A program made the position numbers and the translations under genes. A stretch of DNA of 64,000 bases from the NCBI GenBank assembly GCA_963665145.1, contig OY762064.1:2790382-2854381 (forward strand). Reading direction: 5' to 3'. Under the pieces are notes generated by a model that was given only the letters and a program-made list of their open reading frames with translations, was not told the origin of the DNA and made no database searches. Positions 18,780 through 28,558 of this stretch are shown here, piece after piece (positions within the stretch are counted from its first letter, which is position 1; the number at the start of each line of letters is the position of its first letter). The DNA comes from Gammaproteobacteria bacterium. GTDB taxonomy: Bacteria; Pseudomonadota; Gammaproteobacteria; Steroidobacterales; Foliamicaceae.

Positions 18780-20063
18780 TTTTTCCAGGATGGCGGCCGC
18801 GGCCAGCACGCGCATGTCGGAGAAGCGCGCGCCCACCAGTTGCACGCCGACCGGCAGGTCCTGCGGCCCCTTCAAGCCCGGCACCGTCACGCAAGGCAGA
18901 TGCAGCGCCGTGAACAGGCGGTTGAACGTCGCCTCGCCGTTGCCGTCCTTGCGCAGCGGCGCTTCTCCGGGCACCGAAGGCGTCAGCCAGGCGTCGAACC
19001 CGTCGAGCTGCCCGTCAAAGACCGGCCGCATCTGTTCGATACCGTTGTAGGCCTCGGTCATCAGCGCCGGGGTGATGCCGCGGTTGACCTCCACCTCGTC
19101 GATGATGTCCTCATGCAGTCCCTGCTTGCCGGCGCCGTATTCCGATAGCAGCGAAATGCGGGCTTCGCCGTGCATGATCACGTCCTGCCATTCGTTCATG
19201 TTCTCGGCGCCCGGTATTTCTGCGACCGTTTCCACGCGGTGGCCGGCCTCGGTCAGTTTGTCGGCAGCGGTTTCGACGGCCGATTGACTGGCTGTCTCCG
19301 CTTCGTCCCAGTAGGGCGTGGTGTAAAGGCCGATACGCAGGCGCCGGTCGGCTTCCGGCGGCTCCCAGGTCTCCAGCAGCAGGACCTCGGCGGTACACGC
19401 CAAAAGCGCCACGTCTTCGGCCATCCATCCGACCGTATCCAGGCTGGGCGCATGCATCCACAGGCCCTGGACCGGCACCCGGCCGTAGGTGGGCTTGAAG
19501 CCGGCTACCCCGCAGAACGACGATGGCCGGATCACCGAGCCGCCGGTCTGCGTGCCCAGCGCCAGCGGCGCCATGCCTTCGGCGACGCAGGCGCCGGAAC
19601 CCGCCGATGATCCGCCGGGCGTGTGCTTCGGGTTGTGCGGGTTGGTGGTGGACGGGTCGCGGCCGATGCCGGCGAACTCCACGGTGGCCGCCTTGCCCAG
19701 CAGCACGCAACCCGCCTGGCGCAGCAGTCGAACGCAGGCCGCATCCTGCTCGGCCCGCCGCCCCTCGTATCGTGGCGAATTGCGTTGCGTCATCAGGTCC
19801 GCCGTATCGATCACGTCCTTGACGGCGAACGGCAGGCCGTGAAGCGCGCTGCGCGCTCCCCTCAACTGCCGCTCGCTGTCCCGCGCCCGCGCCGTGGCCA
19901 GGGCCTGGTCGCCATCGAATTCAACGAACGCCCGCACCACCTGGTCGCGCCGTTCGATGCGCTCCAGACACCATTGGACGGCCTGCTCGCTGCTGACTTC
20001 CCCGCTTGCCAGGCGCGCCGCCACAGGGGAGGGGGCTGTGCGATCCGGTAAACCGTTACCCAA
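18756..20063 (-). CDS. Amidase signature family enzyme
   Basis: PFAVKD, PGGSSAGS and GTQTGGSVIRPSSFCG, i.e. the Lys-cisSer-Ser triad. Confidence 0.92.
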   Translation of the reverse strand: MGNGLPDRTAPSPVAARLASGEVSSEQAVQWCLERIERRDQVVRAFVEFDGDQALATARARDSERQLRGARSALHGLPFAVKDVIDTADLMTQRNSPRYEGRRAEQDAACVRLLRQAGCVLLGKAATVEFAGIGRDPSTTNPHNPKHTPGGSSAGSGACVAEGMAPLALGTQTGGSVIRPSSFCGVAGFKPTYGRVPVQGLWMHAPSLDTVGWMAEDVALLACTAEVLLLETWEPPEADRRLRIGLYTTPYWDEAETASQSAVETAADKLTEAGHRVETVAEIPGAENMNEWQDVIMHGEARISLLSEYGAGKQGLHEDIIDEVEVNRGITPALMTEAYNGIEQMRPVFDGQLDGFDAWLTPSVPGEAPLRKDGNGEATFNRLFTALHLPCVTVPGLKGPQDLPVGVQLVGARFSDMRVLAAAAILEKLMRPEKG

Positions 20064-20097
20064 TGCGGATTCCTCTATGCTCGTTGGAAGAGACCGA

Positions 20098-21261
20098 CTA
20101 GTGTAGTTTCAAGGGTACTCCGGCGACCCAGGTTCTGTGCAGGGCCATTTCCGCATCCAGTTCCACCAGGTCGGCTTTGTAACCGGGCAGCACAAACCCA
20201 CGGTGGCTGTCCACGCCAATTGCCCGCGCCGGATAGCTGGAAGCCATCCGGACCGCCTCGGTCCAGTCAAGATCGGCCATGCGCATGATGTTGCGCACGG
20301 CGTCGATCATGCCCAGGTTGGAGCCCGCCAGGGACCCGTGTTCGTCGCGCAGCACGCCCTGATCCAGGGACACGCGCCGACCATACAAGTCGAACGTGGG
20401 ATTCGCGGACCCCACCGTTGCCATGGCGTCCGTGACCAGCAATGCGGCGCCTTTCTTGCGGGTGCCCAGCGCCGCTCGCAACAGGGCCGGGTGGACGTGA
20501 TGGCCGTCGGCGATGAGGCTGAACATGCAATCCGGCAAATCCAGCGCGGCGCCGACCATTCCGGGGTCGCGTCCGGATACCGGCCCCATTCCGTTGTAGA
20601 GGTGCGTAAACCCCTTCATGCCGGCAATCGTTGCAGCATGGCATTGCTCATAGCTGGCCGCGGAGTGTCCGCCAAAAACCACCACCCCGGCAGCGCAAAG
20701 TCGCCCAATGATCTCCGGCGTGGCTTTTTCCGGCGCGAGCGTGGTCATCGTGACCAGGCCCGGCTGAAGGGAGGTGAGGATCTGCATCCCTTCCTTGTCT
20801 ATCTCGCGGAGCATCCTCTCGGCATGCGCGCCTCTGCGCTGCGGGTTCAGGAAAGGCCCCTCCAGGTGGATACCCAGGATGCCGGGCAGGCGCTCCGCCG
20901 CGGCCTGCCGAACCGCATCGGTCGCCGAGCGCATGACCTCATAGCGATCGCTTATGAGCGTGGGAAGAAGCGCGGTGGTTCCGAACTGCGCATGCGCCGC
21001 GCTCATGGTTCGCAGCGTGTCGAACGTGGGCGAGTTGTTGAACAGCACGCCGCCTCCGCCGTTGACCTGGATATCGATGAATCCAGGCGCCAGGCGGCGC
21101 CCCTGCATGTCGAACACGGTATCGGCGCCGCTTATGGGGCCGTCGTTCGGAACCAGGTCGGCAATCAACCCGTTCCGGACAAGGACCGAGCAGTTCTCAT
21201 GCACCCGCTCACCGGTGAACACGGTGGCGTTGACCAGGGCCGTGGTCCGTTCTTCCATCAT
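20098..21261 (-). CDS. nagA: N-acetylhexosamine-6-phosphate deacetylase (NagA/AgaA)
   Basis: PGFIDIQVNG, HLEGPF, THLYNGM, DGHH, TDAM and LAGS motifs. Confidence 0.92.
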   Translation of the reverse strand: MMEERTTALVNATVFTGERVHENCSVLVRNGLIADLVPNDGPISGADTVFDMQGRRLAPGFIDIQVNGGGGVLFNNSPTFDTLRTMSAAHAQFGTTALLPTLISDRYEVMRSATDAVRQAAAERLPGILGIHLEGPFLNPQRRGAHAERMLREIDKEGMQILTSLQPGLVTMTTLAPEKATPEIIGRLCAAGVVVFGGHSAASYEQCHAATIAGMKGFTHLYNGMGPVSGRDPGMVGAALDLPDCMFSLIADGHHVHPALLRAALGTRKKGAALLVTDAMATVGSANPTFDLYGRRVSLDQGVLRDEHGSLAGSNLGMIDAVRNIMRMADLDWTEAVRMASSYPARAIGVDSHRGFVLPGYKADLVELDAEMALHRTWVAGVPLKLH

Positions 21262-21305
21262 TTTTTTCCGGAAATCCCGGGGCCGGGTCGCGGAACGGGT
21301 GTCCT

Positions 21306-23516
21306 CTACGGTTGCTGAAGCGCTAATGTAACTGGAAGTTCATGGGAAGCGCCCGCGGCTCCGGTCCATCCACACTCCTGGGCGCCGACGATTGCCGCCC
21401 CCCGCCCCCCGCTGGCGCCGCCGTGTTTGGCCGGCGCGATGACCGGGGGTTCGATCCGGTCCAGCAGATGGCCGGACAATGCCCCCGGCAATCGCTCATA
21501 GATTTCCTGGATTTCCGACAGCCCGCCGCCTATCACGATGATGCTCGGATTGATATGCAGGACCATGGATGCGAGGCAACTGGCCACGCAGTCTGTCCAG
21601 ATATCGAAGGTCCCGATGCAGGAAGCTTCGCCTTTTCGCATGCCGTCCACGACTTCCGCCGCCGGTACCGCTTTGCCGGTCAGGTGCTCATGGATTCGCG
21701 ACATCCCCGGCCCGGAAACATAGCATTCGGCGCAAGCGGTTGCGCCGCAACGGCAGGTCAGCAGTGGCAGGCCATGGCGCATGCGCACACTGGACGCGAG
21801 CGGGATATGCCCCCATTCTCCGGCAATTCCGTCACTTCCGGCTTGCAGGTGGCCACCGATGCAATAGCCGCCTACCACTCCCGTCCCCAGGGTTATGCCG
21901 ATCATGCATTCGTGCCCGTCGGCCGCCCCGGCGTGCGCTTCGGACAGGGCAAAGGCCCGGCCATCATTGATGATCGCAATCGGCCGCTCCAGCAACCGTA
22001 CCAGGTCTTTTCTTGCGTCCCGTCCCGTAAGGCAGGGCACGTTGACCGCCAGTGACTTGCCCTGGCGATCGATGATGCCGGGCAGGCCGAAACCGATCGT
22101 GCCGGTGGCCTCGAACCGCTGGTCGGCGCGGGTAACAAAGTCGCCGATGGTTTCAAGGAACCGGTCGTAGTCGTCGACAGGAGTAGGAGTTCGTTCGGCG
22201 TGCAGACGGTTTAGTTCGGCGTCGTATACGCCGAACTCCATCTTCGTTCCGCCGATGTCCAGGCCATAGAGCACTTGCGGCGCTCGCGGGCGGGAAGCGG
22301 CATCTGCCGTGAACGGATAGATGGTGACGCCACTCACAACGCGGTTGACCTCGCCACTCGTACACGGGACGTCGGCCTCCACGCCCATCGCCATCGCCTT
22401 GTGGAACGCCAGCATCTGACAGACAACGAGGTAGACAAGCGACAGCCATGCATCGTCCAATTGCGAGGTTCCCTCCCCGGCCGGGAAGGCCTCCCCGACA
22501 ACCATGTCGGGGTGCAATTCGATCACCGCAGCCGAGGCATCATCCCGGCGCAGTTCATCCAGCAGGTCCTGGTCATAGAGCTGTGTGTGCGGATCGCTGG
22601 ATCGCATATGAACGACCAGGGTCGATTCATCGATGATCATCTTGGGGCCGTGCCGGAAGCCCAGCGGTGAATCGTGAATCGCCACCACCTTGCCTGCTGT
22701 CAATTCCAGGCACTTGAGCGCAGCCTCCCTCGCGACGCCCAGCAGGCAACCTGCTCCGAGCACGGCAATTCGACGGAACCCGCACTGCGCGATATTGGTG
22801 ACATAGGGGTTGCCGTTCCGCAGCAAGCGCTCGGCCCAACGGGCCGCCTTGTCGAGTTGCTCCGCGTCAGGAGTGAACAGGGCGAGGCAGGACACCAGCA
22901 TGGTCGTGAAACTGCTGGTCATCGCGAAACTCCGGTCGTTGGTTTCTGCCGGCATCAACAGGCAGAACGCATCTCCCCGGCCGCCGGCTTCTTTCGCCAG
23001 CCGGCCCGCGCGGTTGCAGGTCAGGATCAGATGATTGCAGTCCGACAGAAACTTGTCCGCCAATTGAAGACAGGCGAGGCTTTCCGGGCTGTCGCCGGAT
23101 CGCGCCAGCGAGACCAAGAGCGTTGGGACGTCGTCTCCCAGGTATTGCGCCGGATCACTTGCGAGATCCGTGGTGTGTACCGATTGAATGGTGCCGATGG
23201 CGTGTCCGGAATGTTGTTTTCTTAGCCAGGCCGCGACGGTTTCTCCAATAAAGGCGGACGATCCGGCTCCGCAAAAATAAATGCGCAATTTGGGCTTGGC
23301 GAGCACCGGCGCCAGCCAATCGTCGATGGATTCGCGCCCTTCCTCGATGCGGCAATACGCCTTGCGCCAGACGCGGGGCTGCTGGCAGATTTCACGGGCG
23401 GTCCAAAGACTGTTCCTGCGCTTGAGAACCTCGGCGTCCATGTTGAGTGGAAGGTCCTGGAACTTCATTTGTTTCCGCACGCCGGTGGCCTTCTTGTCGC
23501 GGGGGTTGCCATTCAC
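21306..23516 (-). CDS. Fusion: AgaS-type SIS galactosamine-6-P deaminase/isomerase plus ROK-family N-acetylhexosamine kinase
   Basis: N-part: TAREICQQP, GAGSSAFIG, ARSGDSPES, SFAMTSSF, GFRHGPK, GEVNRVVSGVTIY. C-part: GLDIGGTK, ND, GEWGH, CRCG...CAE. Confidence 0.88.
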   Translation of the reverse strand: MNGNPRDKKATGVRKQMKFQDLPLNMDAEVLKRRNSLWTAREICQQPRVWRKAYCRIEEGRESIDDWLAPVLAKPKLRIYFCGAGSSAFIGETVAAWLRKQHSGHAIGTIQSVHTTDLASDPAQYLGDDVPTLLVSLARSGDSPESLACLQLADKFLSDCNHLILTCNRAGRLAKEAGGRGDAFCLLMPAETNDRSFAMTSSFTTMLVSCLALFTPDAEQLDKAARWAERLLRNGNPYVTNIAQCGFRRIAVLGAGCLLGVAREAALKCLELTAGKVVAIHDSPLGFRHGPKMIIDESTLVVHMRSSDPHTQLYDQDLLDELRRDDASAAVIELHPDMVVGEAFPAGEGTSQLDDAWLSLVYLVVCQMLAFHKAMAMGVEADVPCTSGEVNRVVSGVTIYPFTADAASRPRAPQVLYGLDIGGTKMEFGVYDAELNRLHAERTPTPVDDYDRFLETIGDFVTRADQRFEATGTIGFGLPGIIDRQGKSLAVNVPCLTGRDARKDLVRLLERPIAIINDGRAFALSEAHAGAADGHECMIGITLGTGVVGGYCIGGHLQAGSDGIAGEWGHIPLASSVRMRHGLPLLTCRCGATACAECYVSGPGMSRIHEHLTGKAVPAAEVVDGMRKGEASCIGTFDIWTDCVASCLASMVLHINPSIIVIGGGLSEIQEIYERLPGALSGHLLDRIEPPVIAPAKHGGASGGRGAAIVGAQECGWTGAAGASHELPVTLALQQP

Positions 23517-24817
23517 GATGCAATGCGCCCGCAGGCTCGTGAGTAAGCGGAGGTCACTTCCTGGATGTTGTGGATGACCAGCTTGCGCGGCGTCATGGCG
23601 AGATCTCCTTTGCGCACGGCCCGGTATTGTGCCGGCAAGTGCCGGCGCAGTAGCGTTAGCGGGATTTCAATCTCCGACAGGTTTTCGAACATCCGCTCCA
23701 CCGTTTCGGATACCGTCGGATGGCTCCAGTAGTAGCGAATCCGGTCGCTGTAGCTGTGTTGGCGGTACCAGGCGGCTTCGGGTTCCTGTCTGGGGTAGTG
23801 CCTGATCCAGTGGGCCGGGTCTTCCCGCATCACCTCTTCGCACACGGACGGCAGTCTTGACGATGAATCGGTGCCGAGCAATTCGTCTTCGATCGCACTC
23901 AGCGCGAACAAGGCCTCGCGTAGCGCATAGGTGAGCTGCGGCCCTACCTTGAGGATCGCAAAGTGATCGCGGACCAGCGCGCGATAACACTCCTCGGGCT
24001 GATAGTCTGTGGAATGGGCCTCGAATACCATGCCCGGCAGTCCTTCCAGGGACTCGCTGAGGGTCCGGGCCAGGCGCGGCTCGTAGGGGTGGACCGAGGC
24101 GTGGTCGAATTCCACTCCCGGTTGCACGACCAGCCCGATGACGCGAGGCCACGCGGCGGAAAAGCCACGCGCGCAAAAGGCCATGCGATGAATCGCGGCG
24201 GTCCGGGTGGCATTCCCCGGCGACGTCACCTTCAGCTGATTGACCGATCCGCTCGCGCCTCCGGGCGCGGGAACTTCGGTGCCTACAACGTAGACCGGCC
24301 GGGCGCCGGCCTTGTGTTCCATGGCAGTCTCCTCGGCCACCTCGCAGAGTTCCGCCGCGCGCATGGCGACAACCTCTTCGCCGAGCGGCGTCGAATCGTC
24401 CGCGCAGGGCATGCTGGTGTCGAGGTGCAGCTTGCGGAAACCGGCCTCGACATAGGCCCCGACCAGCTCGCGGGCTTTGGCCATGGCGACGTCCGCTTCT
24501 TCACCGGCCCAGCAAACCGGGCCCAAATGATCGCCGCCCAGCACGATCCGGTCGGCCGGCAGGCCTGCGCGCTCGGCAATCGCGGCAACGTAGCCGGGGA
24601 AATCCGCGGGGCGCATTCCGGTGTAGCCGCCGAACTGGTTGACCTGGTTGGCAGTTGCCTCGATCAGCAGCGGAGCGTTGTCCCTGCGGGCCTGGATCAT
24701 TGCGGCTTCCAGTGCCAGCGGATGAGCCGTGCAAACGGAATAAACGCCCACGGACTTGCCGTTGCGGTTCTGGCGCAGGATTCCCAGAACTTCGCCGAGC
24801 GCGTTATCGCCTGTCAT
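23513..24817 (-). CDS. agaZ: AgaZ/KbaZ/GatZ family protein (probable tagatose-6-phosphate 4-epimerase)
   Basis: IEATANQVNQFGGYTGM, GGDHLGP, GTEVPAPGG, EAHSTDYQ and SYSDRIRYYW motifs. Confidence 0.92.
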   Translation of the reverse strand: MTGDNALGEVLGILRQNRNGKSVGVYSVCTAHPLALEAAMIQARRDNAPLLIEATANQVNQFGGYTGMRPADFPGYVAAIAERAGLPADRIVLGGDHLGPVCWAGEEADVAMAKARELVGAYVEAGFRKLHLDTSMPCADDSTPLGEEVVAMRAAELCEVAEETAMEHKAGARPVYVVGTEVPAPGGASGSVNQLKVTSPGNATRTAAIHRMAFCARGFSAAWPRVIGLVVQPGVEFDHASVHPYEPRLARTLSESLEGLPGMVFEAHSTDYQPEECYRALVRDHFAILKVGPQLTYALREALFALSAIEDELLGTDSSSRLPSVCEEVMREDPAHWIRHYPRQEPEAAWYRQHSYSDRIRYYWSHPTVSETVERMFENLSEIEIPLTLLRRHLPAQYRAVRKGDLAMTPRKLVIHNIQEVTSAYSRACGRIAS

Positions 24818-26153
24818 CAAGTCATGTCCCCAAGAGGTCGGGCGCGTCCCCAGCCGTGAAGTCTATGCCCACGCAACGCGTAGAGAAAGATGACGAGGTA
24901 GCAGGGAAGCATGACCCAGTAGCCGATGCGGGGATCCGGCGATCCGGCGATGAATCGGCCAGCGCTCCGAAAACCACTGGAATGATCGCGCCGCCGGCGA
25001 TCGCCATGATCAGCAGGGCCGACCCGGTTTCGGTTTCGCTTTTGTTGAGCCCGCGCAGGGCCATGGGCCAGACGGCTGGCCAAACCAGCGCGTTCGCCAG
25101 ACCGAACAGGGCCACGAACAGCACCGCGTCCGGTATTGCCGGCATGCCGGTCCATTCAAGCATTGCCGCCCAGACACGGTCGGAGCCCAGGTCGCCGGTC
25201 AGCACCAGGACCGACATCAGGATTCCGAACAGGGCCGAAAGCGCGAGCGCTTTTTCCTGGCTGATCCAGCGGGGTATCAGGATCACGCCCAACAGGTAGC
25301 CGAGCATCATGAAGGCCATCGTGTAGGCGGTCAGCTGGCCGAAATTGCTTACGCCGAGCTCGCGGCCGAAGAGGCTGATGGTGTCGCCGGCCACGACTTC
25401 CGCACCCATGTAGAAGAAGATTGCAATCACGCCCAGCACCAGGTTCGGGTGCCGCAATACGCTACGGCCCGACCCGGGTTCCTCACCGGCCGGAAACTCG
25501 GGATCGGGCAGGGGCGATAGCCGGATGTAGACCGCAAGCAGCGCCAACAGGCCTGCAAGGATCAGATACGGCCCGATCAGTCGCGACGACAATTCGTTCA
25601 GCTGCAACAGTTTTTCCGCGGGCGGCAGGGCGTTGAGCCGGATCTCGGTGAACTCGGAAACGTCCGCAAGAAACAGCGCGGTAAAGGCCAGCGGAGCGAT
25701 GATGCCCGCGCCCTTGTTGAGCAGTCCCATGATGCTGATGCGAACGGCGGCCGTCTCTTCCGGGCCGATCCGCACGATGTACGGATTGGCGGCGGTCTGC
25801 AGGATCGCCAGACCGGTCCCCATGACGAACAGCCCGCCGAGAAATATGCCGTAGGTTCGCAGCATCGCCGCCGGGATGAAAATCAAGGCACCCGCGGCCA
25901 TCAGCAGCAGGCCCAGCCCCAGGCCGTTCTTGTAGCCGGTGCGGCGCAAGACCAGGGACATAGGCAATGCCATGACGGTATAGGCAATGTAGAAGGCCAG
26001 CGTGACCAGGTAGGCCTGAAGGTGCGTAAGTTCGCAGGCGATCGTGAGGAACGGAATCAGGGCGCCGTTCAACCAGGTTACAAAGCCGAAAACAAAGAAC
26101 AGGCCGCCAATGATCAGCACGCCCGTCATGTTGCTTTGGCTACGCTGTTTCAA
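24817..26153 (-). pseudogene. GluP/FucP-family sugar permease (AgaP-like), frameshifted near the 3' end by an 8-bp tandem duplication
   Basis: FGFVTWLNGALIP, LQTAANPY and IMAIAGGA motifs. gatccggc is duplicated at 24933-24948. The authentic last helix (GYWVMLPCYLVIFLYALRG) is in another frame whose TGA overlaps the agaZ ATG. Confidence 0.8.
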
Positions 26154-26320
26154 GTAATCGCCCCGCCCATTGAGACAGCGTCCTGCCTCATTTCCTGCCC
26201 CCCCGCGCTGCGCCCAGCCACGGCCGTGAAAAGGATTCGCCGTGGCGGGATACCCTGATCACCCTGCACGGGGGTTGAGCTGACGCACCAGAGCTTCCAG
26301 GAATTCCCGCCGACGGCGAG

Positions 26321-26367
26321 TCGAAAGGTTAGATTAGATGGAAGTGTTTTGCAAGCTTTCGAAAAGG
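26321..26367 (-). promoter_or_regulatory. Putative aga operon promoter (TTGCAA-N17-TAACCT) flanked by CTTTCG-type candidate AgaR boxes
   Basis: Minus strand reads cttttcgaaagc ttgcaa aacacttccatctaatc taacct ttcga. AgaR sites are known to be built on CTTTC repeats. Confidence 0.5.
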
Positions 26368-26417
26368 CAAATCTCGGACTATTGAAAACTAATTGCCAGT
26401 GCCCCTTCTTGTAACCG

Positions 26418-27197
26418 CTACGGCGTGTCGTCGACGACGCGAACGTCTATCCCTGCCTCGGCCAGCGCCTGAAGGGTGTCGCCGGGCATTCCAGCATCAG
26501 TAACGATGATGTCCAGATCGGCAATCTCGCAGATGATGTGCGGGCAGCGCTTGTCGAACTTGGAGGAATCGGCCACCAGGATGACCTCGCTGGCTTGCTT
26601 GAGCATGACCCGATTCAGGCTCGCTTCCTGGCTGAAGTGGGTGGTGACGCCGATTTTCCTGTCTATGCCGTCTGCGCCGAGCACCAGGGTGTCAAAGTGC
26701 ATGTGACTCAAGCTTTCCTCAGCGTGCTTGCCGAAGAAGGACATCGACTTCTTGCGCAGCGCGCCGCCGGTCGCCAGTACCTCGATGCCTTCCGCGCGGG
26801 CCAGGGCCGATGCCACGTTCAGCCCGTTGGTCAGGACCGTAAGGCCGGAATGATCGATCAGGCTCAAAGCCACTTCTTCCGCGGTCGTCCCGGAGTCGAT
26901 GGCTACCGTGCGCACGCCGGAACCGATCAGCCCCGCAACGGCGCGTCCCAGGCGGCGCTTGATTACCAGGTTGTCCTTGTACTTCTCCTGCATGGACAAC
27001 TCTCGGGTCAATCGAGTGCTGGCCAGGGCGCCGCCGCGCGAGCGCACGATCAGGCCCTTGCTGCTCAAGGCATTCAGGTCATTGCGAATCGTGACCTGAG
27101 ATACGCTGAGTTGCGTCGCCAACTCTTCGACGCCGACCTTTCCCCTGGACTCGGTCTGGCGCACGATTTCCGAGCGTCTCTCGATGAGACTTAGCAT
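26418..27197 (-). CDS. agaR: DeoR-family transcriptional regulator (AgaR-like)
   Basis: ERRSEI...VSQVTIRNDL HTH, DSGTT, TNGLN and ADSSKF motifs. Lies next to the aga genes. Confidence 0.85.
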   Translation of the reverse strand: MLSLIERRSEIVRQTESRGKVGVEELATQLSVSQVTIRNDLNALSSKGLIVRSRGGALASTRLTRELSMQEKYKDNLVIKRRLGRAVAGLIGSGVRTVAIDSGTTAEEVALSLIDHSGLTVLTNGLNVASALARAEGIEVLATGGALRKKSMSFFGKHAEESLSHMHFDTLVLGADGIDRKIGVTTHFSQEASLNRVMLKQASEVILVADSSKFDKRCPHIICEIADLDIIVTDAGMPGDTLQALAEAGIDVRVVDDTP

Positions 27198-27403
27198 GGT
27201 GTGTCCCCCAATGTGAGCAGGCATCCTAATTCACATTCCCTGCTTTCCTCAACCGGCCATGCAGGGAATCGGACCCGAAAGCCACATGTGGAACAGGAAC
27301 AATGGGTCCCCGGGACAGACTTCCGCAGGTTACGATAGCGCCCTTGCCGGCGCCTGAGGTCGTGCCGTTTTTTGTAGTTCAGCCTTGCGAATCATTCGAG
27401 CCA

Positions 27404-27997
27404 ATGGAGATTAGGGGAGAGCAAAACCTGACCCACCCTCGCGAGACGGTATGGGAGGCGCTTATAGACCCGGAGGTGCTGGGCGCGTGCGTACCCGGCT
27501 GCAGGTCCTTCGACCGGGTCAGCGAGAATCACTACCGTGCTGCCATGCAGGCGGAAGTCGGTCCCGTCAGTGCGAAATTTTCGGTGGAGATACGCATTAC
27601 CGATCCGGATCCGCCGCGGGCTTATCGATTGGAGGGCAGCGCCAAGGCGCCTGTGGGCTTCGGCCGGGGTCACGCGGATGTTCTCCTGGAGGAGGACGGG
27701 CAGGGCGGCACCCGCCTCAGCTATAAGGCCAAGCTGCAGTTGGGCGGCAAGCTGGCGCAGGTCGGTTCACGCCTCCTTTCGGGTATTACACGCAAGATTG
27801 CCGCGCATTTTTTCCAGCGCCTGGCGGAAATCCTGGACGGGAAGCGACGTTTCGGAGCCGCCGCGCGGGACGGATCCGGCAATGCGGGGTTGGGGCAAGT
27901 GGCCGGCCGACTGTTCGCCAGCCGGGCCGTGCGTTGGGCCGCCTTCGTTGTGCTGCTGCTGGCTGCAATCGCAGCGTACTGGCTTTTTGGCGTGTGA
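27404..27997 (+). CDS. coxG: CoxG-like SRPBCC protein with C-terminal membrane anchor
   Basis: VWEALIDPEVLGACVPG and GGKLAQVGSRL motifs, hydrophobic C-terminus. Confidence 0.85.
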   Translation: MEIRGEQNLTHPRETVWEALIDPEVLGACVPGCRSFDRVSENHYRAAMQAEVGPVSAKFSVEIRITDPDPPRAYRLEGSAKAPVGFGRGHADVLLEEDGQGGTRLSYKAKLQLGGKLAQVGSRLLSGITRKIAAHFFQRLAEILDGKRRFGAAARDGSGNAGLGQVAGRLFASRAVRWAAFVVLLLAAIAAYWLFGV

Positions 27998-28078
27998 GGC
28001 AGCGTTGAAGGCGGTATTATCCGAACAAGGGGCCGGCGCGAGCCGGTAGCAACAAGATCTTAAATATGGAGGGCGGGA

Positions 28079-28558
28079 ATGGACGCAACAGTTTCGTTCA
28101 CGCTGAACGGCAAGAGCGTTAGCGCCGAGGCCAGCAGCGCCACGCTGCTGGTGGAACTGCTTCGCAATCACTTTGGCCTTACCGGCACTCACGTCGGTTG
28201 CGACACCAGCCAGTGCGGCGCCTGCGTTGTTCATGTCGACGGCGTTTCGGTCAAGAGTTGCACGATGCTGGCGGCGCAAGCCGACGGACGCGCGGTGGAG
28301 ACCATCGAGGGTCTGGCCCGGAACGGCGAGATGCACCCGGTCCAGCAGGCTTTTCATGAGCATCATGCGCTGCAGTGCGGCTTTTGCACGCCCGGCATGA
28401 TCATGAGCGCGGTCGATCTGCTGCGCCGCAACCCCCGGCCAAGTGAAGTCGAGGTGCGGGATTGGCTGGAGGGCAATTTCTGCCGCTGCACCGGCTATCA
28501 CAACATCATCAAGGCCGTGCGCGCCGCCTCCGGCGTGATGGGCGAGGGGGGATCATGA
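28079..28558 (+). CDS. coxS: 2Fe-2S small subunit, xanthine dehydrogenase/CODH family
   Basis: [18 protein letters not shown] and CRCTGY motifs. Confidence 0.92.
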   Translation: MDATVSFTLNGKSVSAEASSATLLVELLRNHFGLTGTHVGCDTSQCGACVVHVDGVSVKSCTMLAAQADGRAVETIEGLARNGEMHPVQQAFHEHHALQCGFCTPGMIMSAVDLLRRNPRPSEVEVRDWLEGNFCRCTGYHNIIKAVRAASGVMGEGGS

